Under the pieces are notes generated by a model. That model did not search any database. It worked only from the letters and a program-made list of their open reading frames with translations, and was not told the origin of the DNA. A stretch of 60,524 nucleotides of DNA, counting the filler, from Theionarchaea archaeon (GTDB lineage Archaea > Methanobacteriota_B > Thermococci > Methanofastidiosales > SZ-28-30): the NCBI GenBank assembly GCA_018992565.1. It is 5 parts of 5 records of this genome, joined end to end, with 100 filler letters (N's around TTAATTAATTAA, not from the genome) between each part and the next. Parts side by side here need not be neighbours in the genome. Positions count along the whole stretch, not along the records: positions 56,315 to 60,524 come from JACVGW010000135.1; 4 more parts are not named here. One strand, 5' to 3'. The stretch's first letter is position 1, and every line of letters starts with the position of its first letter. A program made the translations under genes and the position numbers. Positions 60,438 through 60,524 of the stretch are shown here, piece by piece.

Positions 60438-60524
60438 GATATCACATCCAGTAGGCGTATTCCTGAAAGAAAAGGATACGGTACCAGTTTCCAACTTTTA
60501 CTTTTATATCTTTTGGTCTTTTCA

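Noticed and set aside
1..60524. CRISPR arrays, transposases, integrases and rRNA genes
   Set aside because: None seen. The short phased repeats at 7384 and 14969 are operator-like and lack spacers.

Overview
Archaeal genome window. Evidence: archaeal-type SAM synthetase, aIF-6/L18Ae/prefoldin/FtsY cluster, FEN1, RIO1/KH/aIF-1A/TyrRS cluster, BHB-intron tRNAs, TATA/BRE promoters and GGAGGTGA-type SD sites. It looks like a metagenome-assembled euryarchaeon, and a Theionarchaea/Thermococci-like affiliation is only my impression. The window is five contigs joined by N-TTAATTAATTAA-N linkers, with three further 100-N gaps, so synteny across linkers is meaningless. Highlights: (1) a 4.4-13.7 kb regulatory region with two paralogous wHTH/Lrp-like regulators, each followed by a small Pro/Gly-rich peptide gene (one missing from the ORF track), a wHTH-TPR regulator with a divergent micro-ORF, and a membrane-tethered HTH next to a subtilisin, together a candidate archaeal peptide-signalling system; (2) two stand-alone micro-genes with promoter, SD and terminator (16 aa Lys-rich, 24 aa RiPP-precursor-like); (3) an aIF-1A gene that appears to start at CTG; (4) a repair cluster of EndoQ, ligase, FEN1 and a radical SAM protein with a PIP-like motif and a PolX-type HhH domain; (5) a double-length UvrA with reciprocal domain losses coupled to an alpha/alpha-barrel protein. 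All family calls are from motif recognition by eye, and no database search was run.
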